A stretch of 62,958 bases of DNA, counting the filler, from Octopus bimaculoides (Eukaryota), in NCBI RefSeq assembly GCF_001194135.2. It is 3 parts of 3 records of this genome, joined end to end, with 100 filler letters (N's around TTAATTAATTAA, not from the genome) between each part and the next. Parts side by side here need not be neighbours in the genome. Positions count along the whole stretch, not along the records: positions 31,237 to 61,442 come from NC_068983.1; positions 61,543 to 62,958 come from NC_068982.1; 1 more part is not named here. One strand, given 5' to 3'. This document shows, piece after piece, positions 59,015-62,958 of this stretch. Position numbers and translations under genes: made by a program. The notes under the pieces were generated by a model. That model worked only from the letters and a program-made list of their open reading frames with translations, had not been told where the DNA came from and searched no databases. Positions within the stretch are counted from its first letter, which is position 1. Every line of letters begins with the position of its first letter.

Positions 59015-59742
59015 TAAAGGCGGTAAAAATCCGGTTAAGCATTTGTCTAGTGTGCTAAAGATCCTGCCAGTTCGCCGCCTTTTTATCTGATGTAATATTT
59101 CATTCTTCTACAGGCAAATTAACTAAAATTTTGTGGGACAGGGCTAGTAAATAGCATTGACCCCCTCCCCCAACTAGTGCTTATTTTACTGACCCCGACA
59201 GAACAGTAGGCAAAGTCGACCTCGGTGGAATTTAAATTCGATACGTAAAGCAGATGAAATGCCGCTGAGAATTGATATGTGACACGTGACATAATGTTGG
59301 CTTCGAATTTTGGCACAAGGCCAGCAAGTTAGTGAAACAGATGTAGTCGATTACGTCGACCCCAGTGCTAATTTGGTACTTATTTCATTCACCCCGACAG
59401 GGTGAAAGGCAAAATCGACCATTGTGAAATTTGAACTCAGAACATAAAAACGGACGGGGTGTCGCCGAGCGTTTTAACCGGCGTGCTAACGATTCTGCCA
59501 GCTCGCTGTCTTCACATGTGACATAATATCCTTTCTACTATAGACACAAAGTCTGAAATCTTGGGAGAGGGGACTAGTCGATTACATCGATCCCAGTGTT
59601 TCACGGTTGCTTAATTTGTCGACACCGAAAGAATGAAAGGCAAAGTCGACCTCAATGGAATTTGAACTCACAACCTAGCGACAGTCGAAATATCGCTAAG
59701 CATTTCGTCCAGCATGCTAACGATTCAGCCAGCTCGCTCTCT
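59015..59742 (-). mobile_element. Head-to-tail SINE B array (head fragment + 3 copies at ~59100-59270, 59290-59512, 59525-59742)
   Basis: Repeated GAAAGGCAAAGTCGAC..GAATTTGAACTC..GTGCTAACGATTC.GCCAGCTCGC. Confidence 0.88.
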
Positions 59743-60043
59743 TCATATGTGACGTAATATCAAAACTTATTTGCCATTCTCGATTCATCATTTCTAAGAG
59801 ATATATATTGTACTTGCTACAAAGAGGAAGAGGGCCTCAAAACAGGACTGATTTATGATATTTTAACAAAGATAGGAGATAAGGTCATTCTAAAGATCAG
59901 TATGAAATGGGGTAGCAACATTTTTCAGTACTATTTTTGAATAATTCGAAAGATAAAACAGCAGTAAGTATCATTTCTGAATTTGTCTAGCTTCATTATT
60001 TATCCGTTTTTTAATTTGTCTGACACGACATCAATAAAAAAAA

Positions 60044-60125
60044 GATATTTACTAATTGGTGTAATAGCATGATATTCAAATTGAATGACACTAGATATCT
60101 ACAAATCAGTGAAATATTGAAGTAT
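60044..60125 (+). repeat. 82-bp direct repeat, left copy (right copy 60538-60619)
   Basis: One mismatch between the copies; they flank a SINE A. Confidence 0.95.
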
Positions 60126-60348
60126 TACTCTCTCTCTTTTACTCTTTTACTTGTTTCAGTCATTTGACTGCGGCCATACTGGAGCACCACCTTTAGTCGA
60201 GCAAATCGACCCCAGGACTTGTTCTTTGGAAGCCTAGTACTTATTCTATCGGTCTCTTTTGCCGAACCGCTAAGTTACGGCGTCGTAAACACACCAGCAT
60301 CGGTTGTCATACGATGTTAAGGGGACAAACACAGACACACAAACATAT

Positions 60349-60387
<39 letters not shown>

Positions 60388-60517
60388 TACGACGGGCTTC
60401 TTTCAGTTTCCGAGGCGATAGTAGAAGACACTTGCCTAAGGTGCCAAGCAGTGGAACTGAACCCGGAACCATGTGGTTGGTAAGCAAGCTACTTACCACA
60501 CAGCCATTCCTACGCCT
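60126..60517 (-). mobile_element. SINE family A with a ~35-bp internal deletion
   Basis: Reverse complement from head to tail; the GTCTACCAAATCCACTCACAAGGCTTTGG segment is absent. Confidence 0.93.
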
Positions 60518-61086
60518 AAATAATCAGTATCAAATATGATATTTACTAATTGGTGTAATAGCATGATATTCAAATTGAATGACACTAGATATCTACAAAT
60601 CATTGAAATATTGAAGTATATCTAGAATATAATAAGGATTTCCGTTTTTTAAACATACGTGTAAGTATTCTAAAATTATACATATTGACTCATTTTCACA
60701 TAGCTGTTATTCAAATGATATACGATAAAAGTTCTATATGCCACGCAATTGAGCTCTATAAGCTATCTTAGGATCCATGAAAGAAGCATTTAATAAAGTG
60801 ACTGAATACATTTGCTGCTCAGAAGATCGATATTGATGTTATCTTCATCTGTTGCAAGCCATGCGAGGATTCTTTCTGTATTGTATTTTCTGAGAAGCAG
60901 CAAGTTTTCCGTTATCTGCGCAGATGACTATGAAAGAAACCACTAAAGAACAAATTTTTTTTTCTATTCGGTTTATTTATTTTATTTGCGTTCATTCCTC
61001 TTCCCATTTTTTTCTTTCATTTTTTTTTTGTTTTTGCTTGCCAATATATAACTATGATAAATGTAGTTATATATGTGTGCGTGCGT

Positions 61087-61154
<68 letters not shown>

Positions 61155-61442
61155 GCATATATATATAATACACATATATGTGTACATATATATGACTATA
61201 TTATATATGTATATATGTGTATATATATAATATAATATAATATAATATAATATATAAGTATAAATATATACATATATTTATTTATATACATATATACATA
61301 CACAAACACATATATATATATGAGTGTGTGTATATGTACATAAGTGTTCGCATAGCTTGTTATATACAGAGCTATATATATATATATGTATATATATATG
61401 TATGCACATATATGTGTTCATATATATATATATATATATATA

Positions 61443-61542
61443 NNNNNNNNNNNNNNNNNNNNNNNNNNNNNNNNNNNNNNNNNNNNTTAATTAATTAANN
61501 NNNNNNNNNNNNNNNNNNNNNNNNNNNNNNNNNNNNNNNNNN
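61443..61542. other. Artificial assembly spacer N44-TTAATTAATTAA-N44
   Basis: Same structure as 31137-31236. Confidence 0.9.
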
Positions 61543-61747
61543 GTAATTATGCGGATAAACAAATTAGATATATTAAATGTATTAAATATATTAAATATGT
61601 TAAATATAATAGTTCGGGTATGAAATACAAAATATGTATACATGCAAAACGAGAGAAAGCAATAAGGTGGAGACTTCAAATGATGAATTTTTAAGTATGA
61701 ATATATAGATATTTATATCAATAAGTCCAACTTATACAAAGTGAAAA

Positions 61748-61959
61748 CGACGGATTGCTGAAAGTTCCTGGCTTCGGGTAAAAGAAAATACAGGAGGATC
61801 AATTATGATTTTATTCAACTTATTCTCCTCTCAGATTCACACACTTATTGCAACGGCCCTTCAGTTTTTCTAAACCCTGTAAAAGAACTCGGAGGGTTGG
61901 ACCTCTAGCCAGGCCTTTCGCGATATCCTTAAAGCCAGGAACTTTTCAGTGCCACTTCG
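61748..61959. mobile_element. Mariner-derived MITE, sister of 55143-55359 in opposite orientation
   Basis: TIRs CGACGGATTGCTGAAAGTTCCTGGCTT / AAGCCAGGAACTTTTCAGTGCCACTTCG|TA; the internal sequence aligns to the reverse complement of the other copy. Confidence 0.88.
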
Positions 61960-62187
61960 TACACTCCCTTCAGAATGTAACCCCCCTGGAATCTCCCTGT
62001 TCGCTTTCCTGCGACTTGGTGACCCGTAACAGTTTAAAAGAAACATTAAAGGAATCAAGCTCAGCACTCTCGAGGGCCTGCAAAGATCATGAACCCTGTC
62101 CCTTCTTCTAGACTCAGCAAGTAAAATAAACAAAAATAAAATAAAACAAAATAAACAGTCCTGAGCATACAATATATATATGAAGTG

Positions 62188-62239
62188 TTGGTCACGATTG
62201 GAATGCCTTTGGTCACGATTGGAATACCTTTGGTCACAG
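62188..62239. repeat. 21-bp tandem repeat x2.5 (TTGGTCACGATTGGAATRCCT)
   Basis: Direct reading. Confidence 0.9.
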
Positions 62240-62599
62240 AACTGCTCTATCAAGGTTTACCTGGGTCTAAACCACTACAACGTCACTATGAGCAAAAGAC
62301 AAAGGCAGTATATGGTCTCTCGATCTGCTAGAAATAGTAGTCAAATTTCCTCCCAGATAAAATTAAGAAAAAGGGGAAGCACACTACGTTATAGTCACAC
62401 TTTATGGTCATGACAGGAACGTCTTTGACCATATTCCCACTCGGTCAAGGATGAGCTGGGCCTAAAATAATAATTAAAAAAAACAGTATTACTTCACTAT
62501 GTCTCATTATGTTAATTACATAAACACAAAACAAAATATTTCAAGGTTGTCACTCCTCTCAGTGTTTCATTTATCGATGGAAAATAAACTATGCAACAA

Positions 62600-62745
62600 T
62601 CAGAACAACAACAAGTACGAAAATAACAACAGCAACAACAACAACGACTGTAAAAGGAAAATAACAACAACAATAACAACAACAACACCAGCAATAACAA
62701 CAGTAGTAATAACGACTACAACAACTTTCACCAACAATAAACGGA
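62600..62745. repeat. Degenerate (AAC)n microsatellite
   Basis: Direct reading. Confidence 0.85.
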
Positions 62746-62958
62746 AATGCCAAAGTCTCTGGCCAGCTATAAAATCTCAAATGAAGGTGTTTGACTTTAA
62801 AAATAAAACACATCTCAGGTTTGACGGCGGTGAAACAAAATGCTATCCATTCTATATTCAGCCATTCGTTTCTTTTGACTTCCACTGAGTCATTGAGTAA
62901 TCCAATTAAGTGCATGGAATTAGTCAAAACTCATCCCATCCTGATTTCAAATCCCTAT

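Noticed and set aside
61960-62130. Possible minus-strand exon after a long T-rich tract
   Set aside because: Frames from the best acceptors hit stops or lack a donor, and no homology is recognised.

Overview
Repeat-saturated, AT-rich eukaryotic scaffold with no complete gene, rRNA, true tRNA or CRISPR. It is very probably octopus (coleoid cephalopod) intronic or intergenic DNA; this is inferred from the SINE families and microsatellite load and is not proven. Contents: (i) about 45 copies or fragments of at least five tRNA-derived SINE families, here called A, B, C, C' and D. They plausibly include the published octopus OR1/OR2/OK SINEs, but I cannot say which is which. (ii) Decayed non-LTR retrotransposons of four groups: CR1/Jockey-like, Tx1/L1-like, R4/Dong-like (RLE) and RTE-like. 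(iii) Several Penelope-like (RT + GIY-YIG) remnants. (iv) Tc1/mariner fossils and MITEs, a Helitron Rep/Hel fragment and a Helentron-type non-autonomous element. (v) Foldback palindromes, two of which carry TTAGGG arrays. (vi) Abundant microsatellites, many N gaps and two artificial 100-bp spacers. Most ORFs in the supplied track are microsatellite, N-gap or SINE read-through artefacts, and only a few weak candidate host exons exist. The most notable observations are an inverted pair of covarying, decayed type I hammerhead ribozymes in a Penelope locus (48763-49104), a twin-priming-type 5' inversion in an RTE-like LINE, a foldback element centred on (TTAGGG)10, a hairpin-dense GC island next to a long palindrome, and an 82-bp duplication flanking a SINE. 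All alignments and folds were done by eye, and TE boundaries are approximate.
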